DNA from: Chiloscyllium plagiosum | Taxonomy: Eukaryota | NCBI RefSeq assembly: GCF_004010195.1 | Contig: NC_057719.1 | Coordinates: 49,809,662-49,852,924, forward strand | Length of the DNA stretch: 43,263 bases | Reading direction: 5' to 3' | The notes under the pieces: model-generated | Seen by the model: only the letters and a program-made list of their open reading frames with translations | Told to the model about the DNA's origin: nothing | The model's database searches: none | Position numbers and translations under genes: made by a program | Part shown: positions 25,231 through 37,270 of the stretch, in pieces | Numbering within the stretch: position 1 is the first letter of the stretch | Layout: each line of letters begins with the position of its first letter

Positions 25231-25989
25231 CATATTGAGCATAATGAATATGCACTTGGAAAATACATATTTATCATAGTTTGGCATAAGAATATTTTCA
25301 GAAGTAATTTGTATGGTTGTCTTTCCCCTGTAAAATATGCTTATGCAAAATAATCTTTTGCTTGAAATGTGTTATGTGTCCAAGGACTCTTATCCACTTA
25401 TTTTTGATTTCAAAAATTGTCAATTCTTTCACATTTTAGTGAGTACTGTGGTATCACTCATTGTCTCTTGAACAACTTCCAAGAACTTTAAATAGATTCA
25501 GTTAACTAAAATGTGCCATCAACATTTTCCTACAGGGTTGAGGGTGACATATTTCAGTAAAAACTGTCAACCATGACACTTCAAGTGCACATTGCTAAAT
25601 TCAGCCTGCAGTAAACATTGATTCATAACATACTTGCTTTAATGCTGATATATGGTATTTTCTGGGATGCAAAAGGATCTGTGTTAAGATGTGGAAAGGT
25701 AGTAAGTCACAAGAGCAGCTCAACGAATAAATCTGAAAGAGACTGACCACAGGTTCATTGTCATTGGATTGTTGCACTGAGATACCTTCATGGCAGGTTC
25801 TTTGCTCTTTTTGAGCTTCAGCTATATTTAGCCATATCATCATACTGGTAATTCCTAAAATCTCCAGTTAGGTTTTCTATTTCTAGAATCATCAATTGGC
25901 AATGATAACAATAACAATAAAAGTAGGTCATGGGAGGGTATACTCCAACCCTAAACTGCACAGGCCCTACTGGGAGAACACAATGGAGA

Positions 25990-26148
25990 CCACAAGAGAC
26001 ACAAGAACAGAATTTGCTGCAAAGACTGAAAGAACACAAACATTAACTCTGTTTTTCTCTCCACAGATGTTGCCTGACTGGCTAAGAATTTCCATCGAGT
26101 TCTGCTTTTACTTTAGATTTCCAGCACCTGCAGTATTTTGCTTTTGTC
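25990..26148. mobile_element. Old PLE-terminus repeat
   Basis: TTAACTCTGTTTTTCTCTCCACAGATGTTGCCTGAC..AGATTTCCAGCACCTGCAGTATTTTGC. Confidence 0.65.
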
Positions 26149-26569
26149 ACAGAGAAGTATTCTGCTTTTACATGGTATCACTGCTAGATTACTGGCTAGA
26201 TTGATGCCTTCTAATTCCTATGAAATGCTTTGCTAAAAGTATGTTTACACTGTTGCCTGTTTACATAATCACAAAGTTCAAATGTTCTTAGCTTTCACCC
26301 TCCTTTTCTTTATGTGTAATACAGCAATGGATGGCAGGAGAGAAGGCAGCTAATGACAATGATCATGAAAATATCATAGGCAATGACAGTCTGTGGTGCA
26401 CTAAATAGTTCCTGCCAAAGAGTACTCACTCTGTGCTCCTCACCCTGAATCCTCTCTAACTCACCATGTGCTTTAAGAGCTTTTTCATACTCCAGTACTT
26501 TCATTTAGTACAGTTAGATAGCATTAGTACAGATGCATCAACAATAGATTCACATAAAACAAGAGAAAG

Positions 26570-27340
26570 AGGAGATAGAACATACAAATTAGGAGCAAGG
26601 GTAGGCCATCCAGCTTCGTGAGTCAAGAGCGTGATGCTGGAAAAGCACAGCAGGTCAGGCAGCATCCAAGGAGCAGGAGAATCGACGTTTCCGACAAGAG
26701 GCCTTCATCAGGAAGCTTCTTGAACCTCATTGCTATTCTACAGGATCATTGCAGACCTTATTACTCCACATTTACACCAACCTCAATAACATTTCATCCC
26801 GTGTTTTTCAACAATCTATGTATCTCAGCCTGAAAGATATTCAAGGTCTCTGTTTTCATAGCAATTTGAGGAAGAGAGATCCAAAGACATTGAACAACAC
26901 TCTGTGAGAACAACATTCATCTCTGTCACAAAAGGGAGACCTTGTATTTTGCTTATTACTCCACATTTACACCAACCTCAATAACATTTCATCCCGTGTT
27001 TTTCAACAATCTATGTATCTCAGCCTGAAAGATATTCAAGGTCTCTGCTTTCATAGCAATTTGAGGAAGAGAGATCCAAAGACATTGAACAACACTCTGT
27101 GAGAACAACATTCTCTCATCTCTGTCACAAAAGGGAGACCTTGTATTTTGAAATAGTGACCCTGAGTTCTAGATTCTCCTACAAGAGAAAATACCATCTC
27201 CACATTCACTCTGTCAAGATCCCTCAGGATTGTTTCAGTCAAGTCACCTCCTATTCTTCCATTGTCCAGGTAATACAAGCCTAGCCTGTTCAACCTTTCC
27301 TCATAAGACAATTCCAGGTGTTAGATTAGTAAACCACCTC
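26570..27340 (-). mobile_element. CR1 3' fragment with a PLE-terminus insert (about 26620-26714) and an internal tandem duplication
   Basis: SYEERLNRLGLY..GDLTE..GESRTQGH. The insert reads CTGATGA..GAAACGTCGATT on the minus strand. Confidence 0.8.
26757..27150. repeat. Near-perfect tandem duplication (195 + 199 bp)
   Basis: 26757-26951 and 26952-27150 differ, by my reading, in one substitution and one 4-bp indel. Confidence 0.95.
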
Positions 27341-27569
27341 TGCACAAATACATGCTATTTACCCAGTAAAGGACAAGACAGCCTATTGGTTTCCAAGTCC
27401 TGGATACCAGAGTTCATGGTTAATCACATGAAGAGACTGTACTGGCTCAAAGGTCAGTGGCTCAGGGTATGCAGCAACTATTGGATTTGTCAAGCCTACA
27501 GTTCTCAATTGCAACACAATATTATATTTTTGTTGCAGGAACCAAAGGAATGAACATCAACTTCAATTA

Positions 27570-29400
27570 ATTCTTTTTTATTCACTTGTGGAATGTGGGC
27601 ATCACTAGCTGGCCAGTATTTATTGCCTGTCCCTAATTGGTCTTGAGAGGATGGTGGTGAGTTGTCTTCTTGAAGGTTCATGTGCTGTAGGTTAACCCAT
27701 AATGCCACTACAGAGGGAATTCCAGGAATTTGTCCCAGTGAGAGAATGGTGATATATTTCGAAGTCAGGATGGTGACTAGCTTGGAGAAGAACTTGCAGG
27801 ACATCGTGTTCCCAACTACCTGCTGCCCTTGTGCTTCTAGATGAAACTGGTCATGAGTTCGGAAGGTGCTGCCTGAGGATCTTTAGTGAATTTCTGCAGT
27901 GCATCTTGTACATAATACACACTGCTGCTACTGAGCATTGATCGTGAAGGGAATGGATGCTTGTGGATATAGTGCCAAACAAGTGGGGCTGCTTTGTTCT
28001 GGATGGTGTCAAGCTTCTTGACTGTTATTGGCGCTGCACCCATCCAGACAAGTAGGGAATATTCCATCACTTCTGACTAATGCCTTGTAGACAGGTTTTG
28101 AGGAGTCAGAAGGTGAGTTACTCGCTGCAGTATTTCTAGCATCTGACTTGTTGTTGTAGCCATTGTATTTATATGGCAAGTCCAGTTGAGGTTTTGGTCA
28201 ATGGCAATCCCCAGGAAGTTGATAGTGGAGGATTTAGTGATGGTAACATCATTGAGTGTCAAGGCACAGTGGTTGGATCTTCTCTTATTGGAAACAGTCA
28301 TTGCCTGGCATGTATGTCACTTGCCACTTGTTAGTCCATGCCTGGATATTGTCAAGATCTTATTGCATTTGAAAATGGACAGCTTCAGTGTCTGATGAGT
28401 CAGGAATGGTGCTGAACAAGGGTGTAATCATCGTGAACATCCTTTCTTCTAACCTTATGATGGAGGGAAGGTAATTGACAAAGCAGCTAAAGATGGTTGG
28501 CCAAGGACACTACCCTGAGGAACTCCTGCAGAGGAGTTGAGATGATTGGCCTACAAAACACACAGTCATCTTTCTATGTGCCTGGTATGACTCCAACCAA
28601 TGGAAGGTTCGTCCCTTGATTCCCATTGATTCCAAATTTTCTAGGGCTCCTTGATGCCACACTCAGTCAAATGCAGGCTTGGTGTCAAGGGCCGTCACTC
28701 TCACCTGACCTCTCAAATTTAGCTCTTTGGTCCATGCTTGAACCAAGGCTGTAATGAGGTCAGGAGTTGAGTGGCCCTGGCAGAACCCAAACTGGGTGTC
28801 ATGAGCAGGTTATGTCTGAGCAGGTTCTGCTTGATAGCACTGTTGATGACACCTTCCATCACTTTACTCATGACTGAACACAGACTGATGGGATGTTAAT
28901 TGGCCAGTTTGGATTTGTTGTGCTTTTTGTGTACAAGACATGCCTAGGCAATTTTCCACATTGTTGGATTGTAGCTAGGGGAGCAACACGTTCTAGAGCG
29001 TGAGTCTTAGTACTATTGCTGGAATGTTGTCAAGGCCCATAGCCTTTGCAGTATTCAGTGCCTTCGACCATTTCTTGCTATAATAGAGTGATTTGAATTG
29101 GCTGAAGACTGAAATCTGTAATGCTGGGGATCACTGGGGAAGGCAGAGATGGATCATTAACTCTTGACTTCTAGCTCAAGATTGCTTCAGCCTTATCTTT
29201 CAATGTTCCATCATTGAGAATGGGGATATTTGTGAAGCCTCCTCCTCTAGTAAGTTGTTTAATTGTCTACTACCATTCACGACTGGATGTGACAGGACTG
29301 TAGAACTTAAATCTGATCAATAGGTTGTAGGATCACTTAGCTCTGTTAATCACTTGATGCTACTGCATGCAAATAATCCTGTATGGGAGCTTCACCAGAA
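27570..29400 (-). mobile_element. L2/CR1-superfamily LINE, about 1.8 kb 3' part
   Basis: MEYSLLVWMGAAPITVKKLDTIQNKAA; INFLGIAIDQNLNWTCHI; GVPQGSVLG; ALDTKPAFD; SKLAN..PISL..VMSKVMEGVI. A-rich tail at about 27575. Confidence 0.85.
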
Positions 29401-29940
29401 GGCTCCCAGCTATGAAGTGGCCATAGACAATGTAATGATCCCATCTCTAGAAAGGCTCCATAGAGTCCAAAGTTCTGATAGGGAAAAATAAGCAGCCTGC
29501 CAGATAACCTTCAATACCATGATCCCATTCCTTGCTGCTTTCAGAATTTGAGGGTTATCAAATGAATTAATCATCTTGCTGACCAGTTCAATCAAAAGTC
29601 CAGGAATTCACTGCCACAACAGGTGGTGGCAGAGTGAAAGTGCCTAATGTTCATCTGCCTGGTCGACAGTACAAGCTAGGCTTCTAACCTTAGAATAGAA
29701 TTCCAATGGAATGCAGGAGGCAATACGAGAAATTTAGCGCCTGAATCACTTCAAAAAGGTAACTCTCTCCCTCAACATGAAATTTCCTTTCTTACTGGAG
29801 GAATCAAACAAATATCCTTTTGAGAAGATCCTATTGTTCTAGAACTGGGAACAAGATCCAAAACATGGAGAGGATTGGAAAGAACAAACCTGCAAAATTT
29901 GTTAAAAAATTCAAAGAAAAGGTGGCCTTTTTTATTGTAC

Positions 29941-30370
29941 TGTTATGGATCAGACTAGACCCCCTCAAAATATGTCAAGGAGGTAAATTAAGGCAAATAA
30001 ACAAGAAAGTAAACAGCTTGTGAAGACTTCTGGTGTTGTTCTCAAAGTTGGAACAATGGAAGCAGTCTGGCTGGGTTTGGCCAGCTCTCACGGACCAGGC
30101 TTTCTAGTTCTTTTTAGTTTTTAGGCTTTGCTTTAAGCAGTTGCTTTTCTGGGCTTGAAGAAGTAGAAGCTATCTTCTCCCTTTCTGGGTTATAGCTCGA
30201 ACCTGAGGTTCCTCTCTGCTGCTGGGTTACGCGTGAGAAAAATCTATTTTTCTGAATCTGCCTTTTTGCCAAGTGGTGTGTTTTTGGAATGTTGCTATTT
30301 TGGAACTGTTCATTAGTAACGGGTACTGTATCTATTGTTCTTTAATCTATCGATTAACTGTTCTAATAGT
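29941..30370 (+). mobile_element. Possible solo LTR (5' part), apparently continuing at about 30912-30933 and 33215-33340 after CR1 insertions
   Basis: Starts TGTTATGGATCAGAC. LTR-like composition, with AATAAA in the distal part (about 33265). No terminal CA or TSD found. Confidence 0.3.
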
Positions 30371-30912
30371 CAAAGAGTCGGAGAGATGTATAGCATGGAA
30401 ACAGACCCTTCGGTCCAACTGATCCATGCCAACCAAATATCCCAACATAATCTAGTCCCACTTGCCAGCATTGTACCATATCCCTCTAAACCCTTCCTAT
30501 TAATATACCCAACCAGATACCTTCTAAATGCTGCAATTGTACCAGCCTCCATTACTTCCTCTGGCAGCTCATTCCATGCACGTACCACCCTCTGCATGAG
30601 GAAGTAGCCCCTCAGGTACCTTTTATATCTTTTCCCTCTCACCCTAAACCTATGCCCACTAGTTCTGGACTCCCCTACCCCAGAGAAAAAAACTTTATCT
30701 ATTTATCCTATCCATGCCCCTCATGATTTTATAAACCACCATAAGGTCACCCCTCAGCCTCCGAGTCTCCAGGAAAACACCCCCAGCCAATTCAGCATCT
30801 CCCTATAGCTCAAATCCTCCAACCCTGGCAAGAGCCTTGTAAATCTTTTCTGACCTTTTCAAGTTTCACAACATCCTTCCAATAGGAAGGAGACTAGAAT
30901 TGCACACAATAC
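30371..30912 (-). mobile_element. CR1 (HER1-like) 3' fragment
   Basis: RGKRYKRYLRGYFLMQRVVRAWNELPEEV. Homologous to 18355-18890. Confidence 0.92.
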
Positions 30913-31092
30913 AGTTACGTTATTCTCAGTTAAGACATAAGACCATAAGACATAGGAGCAGAAATTAGGCCATTCAGCCCAGTGAGTCTGCTCCACCATT
31001 CAATCAAGGCTGATAAGTTTCTCATCCCGCTTTCTCCCCTTGACACTTGATCCCCTTGACAATCAAGAACCTATCTATCTCCACCTTAAATA

Positions 31093-32545
31093 TAGACAAT
31101 AGACAATAGGTGCAGAAGTAGGCCATTCTGCCCTTCAAGCCTGCACCACCATTCAATATGATCATGGATGATCATCCTTAATCAGTATCCTGTTCCTGCC
31201 TTATCTCCATAACCCTTGATTCCAATATCCTTGAGAGCTCTATCCAACTCTTTCTTAAATGAATCCAGAGACTGGGCCTCCACTGCCCTCTGGAGCAGAG
31301 CATTCCACACAGCCACCACTCTCTGGGTGAAGAAGTTTCTCCTCATCTCTGTCCTAAATGGTCTACTGACCTCGTGGACCTACGCTGCACTCCTCAATAG
31401 CCAGAATGTCTTTCCTCAAATTTGGAGACAAGAGCTGCACACAGTACTTCAGGTGTGGTCTCACCAGGGCCCTGTACAGCTGCAGAAGCACCTCTTTGCT
31501 TCTATACTCATTTCCTCTTGTTATGAAGGCCAGCATGCTATTCGCCTTCTTCACTACCTGCTGTACCTCCGTGCTTACCTTCATTGACTGGTGTACAAGG
31601 ACACCCAGATCTCTCTGTACTGCCCTTTTACCTAAATTGATTCCATTTAGGTAGTAATCTGCCTTCCTGTTCTTGCCACCAAAGTGGATAACCATACATT
31701 TATCCACATTAAACTGCATCTGCCATGCATCTGACCACTCACCTAACCTGTCCAGGTCACCCTGTAATCTCCTAACATCCTCCTCACATTTCACCCTGCT
31801 ACCCAGCTTAGTATCATCAGCAAATTTGCTAATGTTATTACTAATACCATCTTCTATATCATTAATATATATTGTAAAAAGCTGCGGTCCCAGCACAGAT
31901 CCCTGCAGTACCCCACTGGTCTCTGCCGGCCATTCCAAAATGGAGCCGTTTATCACTACTCTTTGTTTCCTGTCAGCCAACCAACTTTCAATCCAAGTTA
32001 GTACTTTGCCCCCAATACCATGCGCCCTAACTTTGCTCACTAACCTCCTATGTGGGACTTTCTCAAAAGCTTTCTGAAATTCCAGGTACACTACACCTAC
32101 TGGATCTCCCTCGTCCATCTTCAGAGTTACATCCTGAAAAAATTCCAGAAAATTTGTCAAGCATGAATTCCCCTTCATAAATCCATGCTGACTCTGACCT
32201 ATCCTGTTACTACTAGCCAGATGTGTCGTAATTTCATCCTTTATAATAGACTCCAGCATCTTTCCCACCACTGAGGTCAGACTAACTGGTCTATAATTTC
32301 CTGCTTTCTCTCTCCCACCTTTCTTAAAAAGTGGTACAACATTAGCCACCCTCCAATCCGCAGGAACTGATCCCAAATCTATTGAACTCTGGAAAATAAT
32401 CACCAAAGCTTCCACGATTTCTCGAGCCAACTCCTTCAGTACCCTGGGATGTAGACCATCAGGCTCTGGGGACTTATCAACCTTCAGACCTAACAGTCTC
32501 TCCAACACAATTCCTGGCAAATATAAATTCCCTTCAGTTCAGTAC
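31093..32545 (-). mobile_element. Young CR1 LINE with an uninterrupted 385-aa RT segment (31363-32520), 5'-truncated
   Basis: KSPEPDGLHPRVLKEL, NYRPVSLTSVVGK, SQHGFMKG, YLEFQKAFEKV, SGVLQGSVLGP, KFADDTK, WQMQFNVDKC. Confidence 0.97.
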
Positions 32546-33036
32546 TCAATAACCTGGCTTCCACAGCCTTCTCTGGCAGTGAATTCCATAGATTCCCCAC
32601 TCTCTGGCTGAATAGGTTTCTCCTTATCTCCGTTCTAAAAGGTCTTCCCTTTACTCTAAGGTTGTGACCTCAGGTCCTAATCTGTCCTACCAATGGAAAC
32701 ATCTTCCCAACATCCACTCTGTCCAAGCCATTCAGTATTCTCTAAGTTTCAATTAGATCCCCCCTCATTCTTCTAAACTCCATCGAGTATAGACCCAGAA
32801 TCCTCAAATGCTCCTCATATGTTAAGCTTTTCATTCCTGGGCCATTGTCGTGAACCTCCGCTGAACATACTCCATGACTAATACATTCTTCCTGAGATAT
32901 GGGGCCCAAAACTGCACACAGTACACCAAATGTGGTTTTGTGGTCTGAGGTACATCCCTGCTTTTATATTCGAGTCCTCTCAAAATAAATGCCGGCATTG
33001 CATTTGCCTTCTTAACTAGTGACTCAACCTGCAAGG

Positions 33037-33177
33037 AGAAAGTGAGGACTGCAGATGCTGGAGATCAGAGCTGAAAAATGTGTTGCTGGAAAAGCGCAGC
33101 AGGTCAGGCAGCATCCAAGGAGCAGGAGAATCGACGTTTCGGGCATAAGCCCTTCGTCAGGAATGAGGAAGGTGTGC
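33037..33177 (-). mobile_element. Short PLE-terminus element with an intact hammerhead core
   Basis: Minus strand ATTC-CTGACGA-A-GGGC-TTAT-GCCC-GAAA-CGTC-GATT (33129-33164). Perfect 12-bp duplication CAACCTGCAAGG at 33025-33036 and 33178-33189. Confidence 0.9.
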
Positions 33178-33519
33178 CAACCTGCAAGGTTACCTTCAGA
33201 GAATCTTAGAAGAGAATTTACAAGTTCTTCTTACCTCCATTATATTTTAACGATAGTGTTTATAAATAAATTGTGTTTTGCTCAACATCAAGTAGTTCGA
33301 TCAATCGAATTGCATCTGAAACACGTCACATTGAAAAGTTGTTTACTATCGTACAGAGAGCTTTACACCTCTGGTTTGATCTCGCTTTTAAAAAAAGGGA
33401 AAAATAACTTCTTAAAGCCACAGCACCGTCACAGTATTCAGTATCCAAAGTTTGTGCGAAGATTTGTAGCTCGGGTGCTCGTTGTTGTGGTTCTGTTCGC
33501 CGAGCTGGAAGTTTTTGTT

Positions 33520-33559
33520 GCAAACGTTTCGTCCCCTGGCTAGGCGACATCATCAGTGC
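33520..33559 (-). ncRNA. Minimal type I hammerhead ribozyme motif in the Penelope pseudo-LTR
   Basis: GCA-CTGATGA-T-GTCGCCT-AGCC-AGGGGAC-GAAA-CGTT-TGC: core boxes present, 3-bp stem I, stem II with one mismatch, palindromic ACGT at helix III. Confidence 0.7.
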
Positions 33560-33843
33560 TTGGGAGCCTCCTGCGAAGCGCTTCTTTGATGTTTCCTCCG
33601 GTGTTTATAGTGGTCTGTCCCTGCCGCTTCCGGTTGTCAGTTTCAGCTGTCCGCTGTAGTGGTTGGTATATTGGGTCCAGGTCGATGTGTTTGTTGATGG
33701 AGTTTGTGGATGAATGCCATGCCTCTAGGAATTCCCTGGCTGTTCTCTGTCTGGCTTGCCCTACGATAGTAGTGTTGTCCCAGTCGAATTCATATTGCTT
33801 GTTCCCAACACCAAGGAGAGGGAAGCACTGAAATCACTAAGAA

Positions 33844-34175
33844 NNNNNNNNNNNNNNNNNNNNNNNNNNNNNNNNNNNNNNNNNNNNNNNNNNNNNNNNN
33901 NNNNNNNNNNNNNNNNNNNNNNNNNNNNNNNNNNNNNNNNNNNNNNNNNNNNNNNNNNNNNNNNNNNNNNNNNNNNNNNNNNNNNNNNNNNNNNNNNNNN
34001 NNNNNNNNNNNNNNNNNNNNNNNNNNNNNNNNNNNNNNNNNNNNNNNNNNNNNNNNNNNNNNNNNNNNNNNNNNNNNNNNNNNNNNNNNNNNNNNNNNNN
34101 NNNNNNNNNNNNNNNNNNNNNNNNNNNNNNNNNNNNNNNNNNNNNNNNNNNNNNNNNNNNNNNNNNNNNNNNNNN
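33844..34175. other. Assembly gap (332 N)
   Basis: Run of N. Confidence 1.
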
Positions 34176-34489
34176 ATGGGAGTTGGCTATCCTTTTCTTC
34201 TGTGAGTGTGGCGTTGATGATCCGGTGTGTTTTTTCTATTTCCGTGTTTTTAATGATTACAAACGTGTCATCGACATATCTGACCCAGAGTTTGGGTTGA
34301 ATTTGTGATAGGACTGTTTGTTCTAACCTTTGCATAGCTGCCTCTGCTATGAGTCCCGAGATTGGTGATCCTATTCAGTATCACCAGTCCATTTAAGCTA
34401 TAAAAACTTTCAAATGTAACTTACTGTGATTTTCCTATCTTGACAAGAATATAGCAGATGCCTATTTCAATTTAAACAACAAATAAAAA

Positions 34490-35322
34490 ATCTGGGGATA
34501 GACTGGCCATTATAAACCCACCCACTATCCATTATAAAGCCACCAATTCCCACAGCTACCTGGACTATACTTCCTCGCACTCTGCTTCCTGCAAATATTT
34601 CATTCCATTCTCCCAGTTCCTCTGGATCCATCATATATGTTCCAATGAAGCCAAATTCAACAAAGAAGCCTCCAAAATGTCCACCTTCTTCCTCTTTACC
34701 TGCACTTCTCACAACCTAGTTTACTGCATTTGCTGCTCACAATGTGGTCTCGCCTCCATTGGGGAAATGAAGTGTAGACTGGGTAACCACTGCACTGAAC
34801 ATCTACATTCTGATGACAAAAAGCACCCTGAGCTTCCAGTTGCCTGCAACTTTAACACACCAACCTGTTCCCTGAGACATCTCGGTCTCAGGCTTGTTGC
34901 AGTGTTCCATGAAGCTCAGTGCAAGCTGGAAGAACAACACCTCATTTTCATTATTGAGTTCAATACTTTTAGAGCCTGAACTCTTCCATGTCCTTGACAC
35001 CCTACCCCACACACCAGGCCTTGTTATCACATAGCCTACCATTACGTACTACCTATTGTTAGCCACTAATAGCTCCATTGACAGCTATTCACCCTCCCAG
35101 CCAGATCATCATCCACTCTTTTGTCTGTCCAACTGTTTCTCTCTCTCTTTGGGCTCTATCCCTACCTATCGTTTACTCCTCCCCTCCGCCCCCCACCCTA
35201 TCTTCTGCATATAACCGACATTTTGAGGATGGGTCATTGAACCTGAAACGTTAACTCTGATTTCCCTTCACAGGTGCTGCCAGACCTGCTGAGCTTTTCC
35301 GGCAACTTCTGTTTTTGTTTCT
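34490..35322 (+). mobile_element. Neptune-like Penelope element 3' part (RT thumb, GIY-YIG, C-rich UTR, terminus with decayed hammerhead)
   Basis: IHYKATNSHSYLDYTSSH..IPFSQFL; FTCTSHNLVYCICCSQCGLASIGEMKCRLGNHCTEHL (VY..IG GIY-YIG variant); terminus TTGAGGATGGGTCATTGAACCTGAAACGTTAACTC. Confidence 0.85.
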
Positions 35323-36240
35323 TAACAGAAATGTCTTTAATTTATTTGCAAGGTAATAAATACATCGACACCAATGATTTAAAAGGACACATAGTTCAGA
35401 TATCAATACATGTATCCACCAGAAAACATCTATTTGCTTTTTCACTTGCTAACTTCTAGAATTCTCCTGGTGGAAAAATTAGGTAAAAAGTATTTACTTT
35501 GTATTTTAAGTACCCATTCTGTACCTCACTTATTTTAAAAATCAAAGGAATGGCATTTCAAATAATAATCAAAACTAGATTTATTGTCATTCAGTAACCA
35601 CGGATCATGCAGCACTGGCGAATATTTCTCCCAAAAATATTCAACAAAAGAATTCACTGGACAAACCAATTGTGGTCGTGCATTTAATTGGATACCCTCA
35701 TACTTCTGAAGGGAACCCTATTTTATAATTCGCTACTTCGCCAAAGCAATCACCTAGTAACTGATTAGACATATGAAAAGCCAAAAATAAACAAAATTTG
35801 CTTTCCAGTAACTCCATTTAAACAGCTTAATATTAAATATTGCTGCAACAATTTACAATTCACCTAAAAGGACTGCACCCTCGACAGGACCAGATTATTT
35901 ATGTAATGCTTGCTGATGTTACTTATGTCCTTTGCGCGTCCTTCTGAATGACATTTCTCTTGGCAAGATAAAACTATCACTGACAATTTCCATCTACATT
36001 CGAGAACATAAAAATTGAAAGTATAAGCTGTGCCACTATCTTTGCAGTGCCCTTGATTACCATGGAGCAGCTTTCTTCAATAACTACCGCAGCAGAACCT
36101 AAAGTGACATTTCCTTCTTGTATGGTGTGTTACTTGATCAATTTTTTAATTCCTTCTGGATGTGAAGGAAATTGGCAAAGCTGGGATATATTTCCCACTT
36201 GAACTGACATTACGAAGGTGGTAGTCAGCTGTCTTATACA

Positions 36241-36901
36241 GTCATAGAATCATAGAAATGTACAGCATGGCAAGAAATGCTTTGATCCAATTCTGACCAG
36301 ATATCCTAAACTAATCTAGTCCCACTTTCCAGCACTTGGCCCATACCCCTCTAAACCCTTCCAATTCAAACGCTCATCCAGATGCCTTTTAAATATTGTA
36401 ATATTGTAATTGTAACAGCATCTACCACTTCCTCTGGCAGCTCATTCCATACACGCATCATCCTCCTCATGAAAAAAATGCCCCTTTTTCCTTTTTAAAT
36501 CTTTCCCCTCTCATCTTAAACTGATGCTGGACTCCCCCATCCCAGGGAAAAGAACTTGGTTATTTACCCTATCCATGCCCCTCATGATTTTATAAACTTC
36601 TATAAGGTCACCCCTCAGCCTCCAATGTTCCAGGGAAATCAGCCCCAGCCTATTCAGCTTCCCCCATAGCTCAAACCCTCCAACCCTGGCAAAATCATTT
36701 CTGAACCATTTCAAGTTTCACAATATCCTACCCATAAGAGGGAGACCAGAATTGCATAAAATATTCCAAAAGGGGCCTAACCAATGTCCTGTACAACTGC
36801 AACGTCACCTCCAGACTCCCTTACTCAATACTCTGACCAATAAAGGAAAGCATACCAAATGCCTTCTTCACTATCCTATCTACCTGTGACTCCACTTTCA
36901 A
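36241..36901 (-). mobile_element. CR1 (HER1-like) 3' fragment
   Basis: (TCTATGAT) tail; RLRGDLIEVYKIMRGMDRV; VKKAFGMLSFIGQSIE. Confidence 0.92.
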
Positions 36902-36904
36902 GGG

Positions 36905-37270
36905 ACTTGAACCATTGCAGTCTATTTGGTGAAGGTACACCCACAGTGCTGTTAGGAAGGGAATTTCAGGATTTTGATTCAGCAGTGAGGAAGCAGCCAC
37001 TTCAAAGGGAACTTGAAAGTAGTGGTATCTCCACTCTCTTGCTGTTCTCCTAAATGATACATGATGCACTTTTGAAGGTGCTGTCATGTTGCTGCAGTGC
37101 ATTTTCTATGCAATGCCAGCTGCTGCCATTGCATGTCAGTGGTGGAGGGAGTGAATGTTGAAGGTGGTGCATGGGTGTCCATCAAGCAGGCTGTGTTGTT
37201 CTGGATGGTATTATGTTGTCTGAGCTGCACTCATCTAGACAACTGGGGAGTATCATTGCACTTTGGGAAG
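36905..37270 (-). mobile_element. L2/CR1-superfamily LINE fragment
   Basis: Homologous to 27670-28070. Confidence 0.7.

Larger units (their letters stand above)
30934..33215 (-). mobile_element. CR1 3' fragment split by a young CR1 (31093-32545) and a PLE-terminus element (33037-33177)
   Basis: (TCTTATGG)n tail at 30934-30955. Host sequence resumes at about 32543 with KKANAMPAFILRGLEYKSRDV..YCVQFWAPYLRK. Confidence 0.85.
33446..34371 (-). mobile_element. Penelope/Poseidon-like retroelement, truncated and rearranged, spanning the assembly gap
   Basis: RT GSPISGLIAEAAMQRLE..LWVRYVDDTFVII (34176-34371). EN C-terminus EFDWDNTTIVGQARQRTAREFLEAWHS..INKHIDLDPIY (about 33650-33790). 11-bp duplication TATTCAGTATC at 33435-33445 and 34372-34382. 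Confidence 0.9.

Noticed and set aside
25601..26504. Minus-strand ORFs with scattered splice-like signals
   Set aside because: Signals are weak or imply a 53-nt intron, the peptides are unrecognisable, and the pattern is expected by chance.
31363..32520. Functional host gene (385-aa ORF)
   Set aside because: 5'-truncated CR1 RT with no endonuclease or promoter, loss of a motif-A Asp, and a frameshifted end.
33756..34335. 149-aa and 181-aa ORFs
   Set aside because: Their length is an artefact of translating through the N gap.
35607..35645. miR-15/16-like sequence (GCAGCAC..AATATT)
   Set aside because: Only a partial match, with no precursor-length hairpin.
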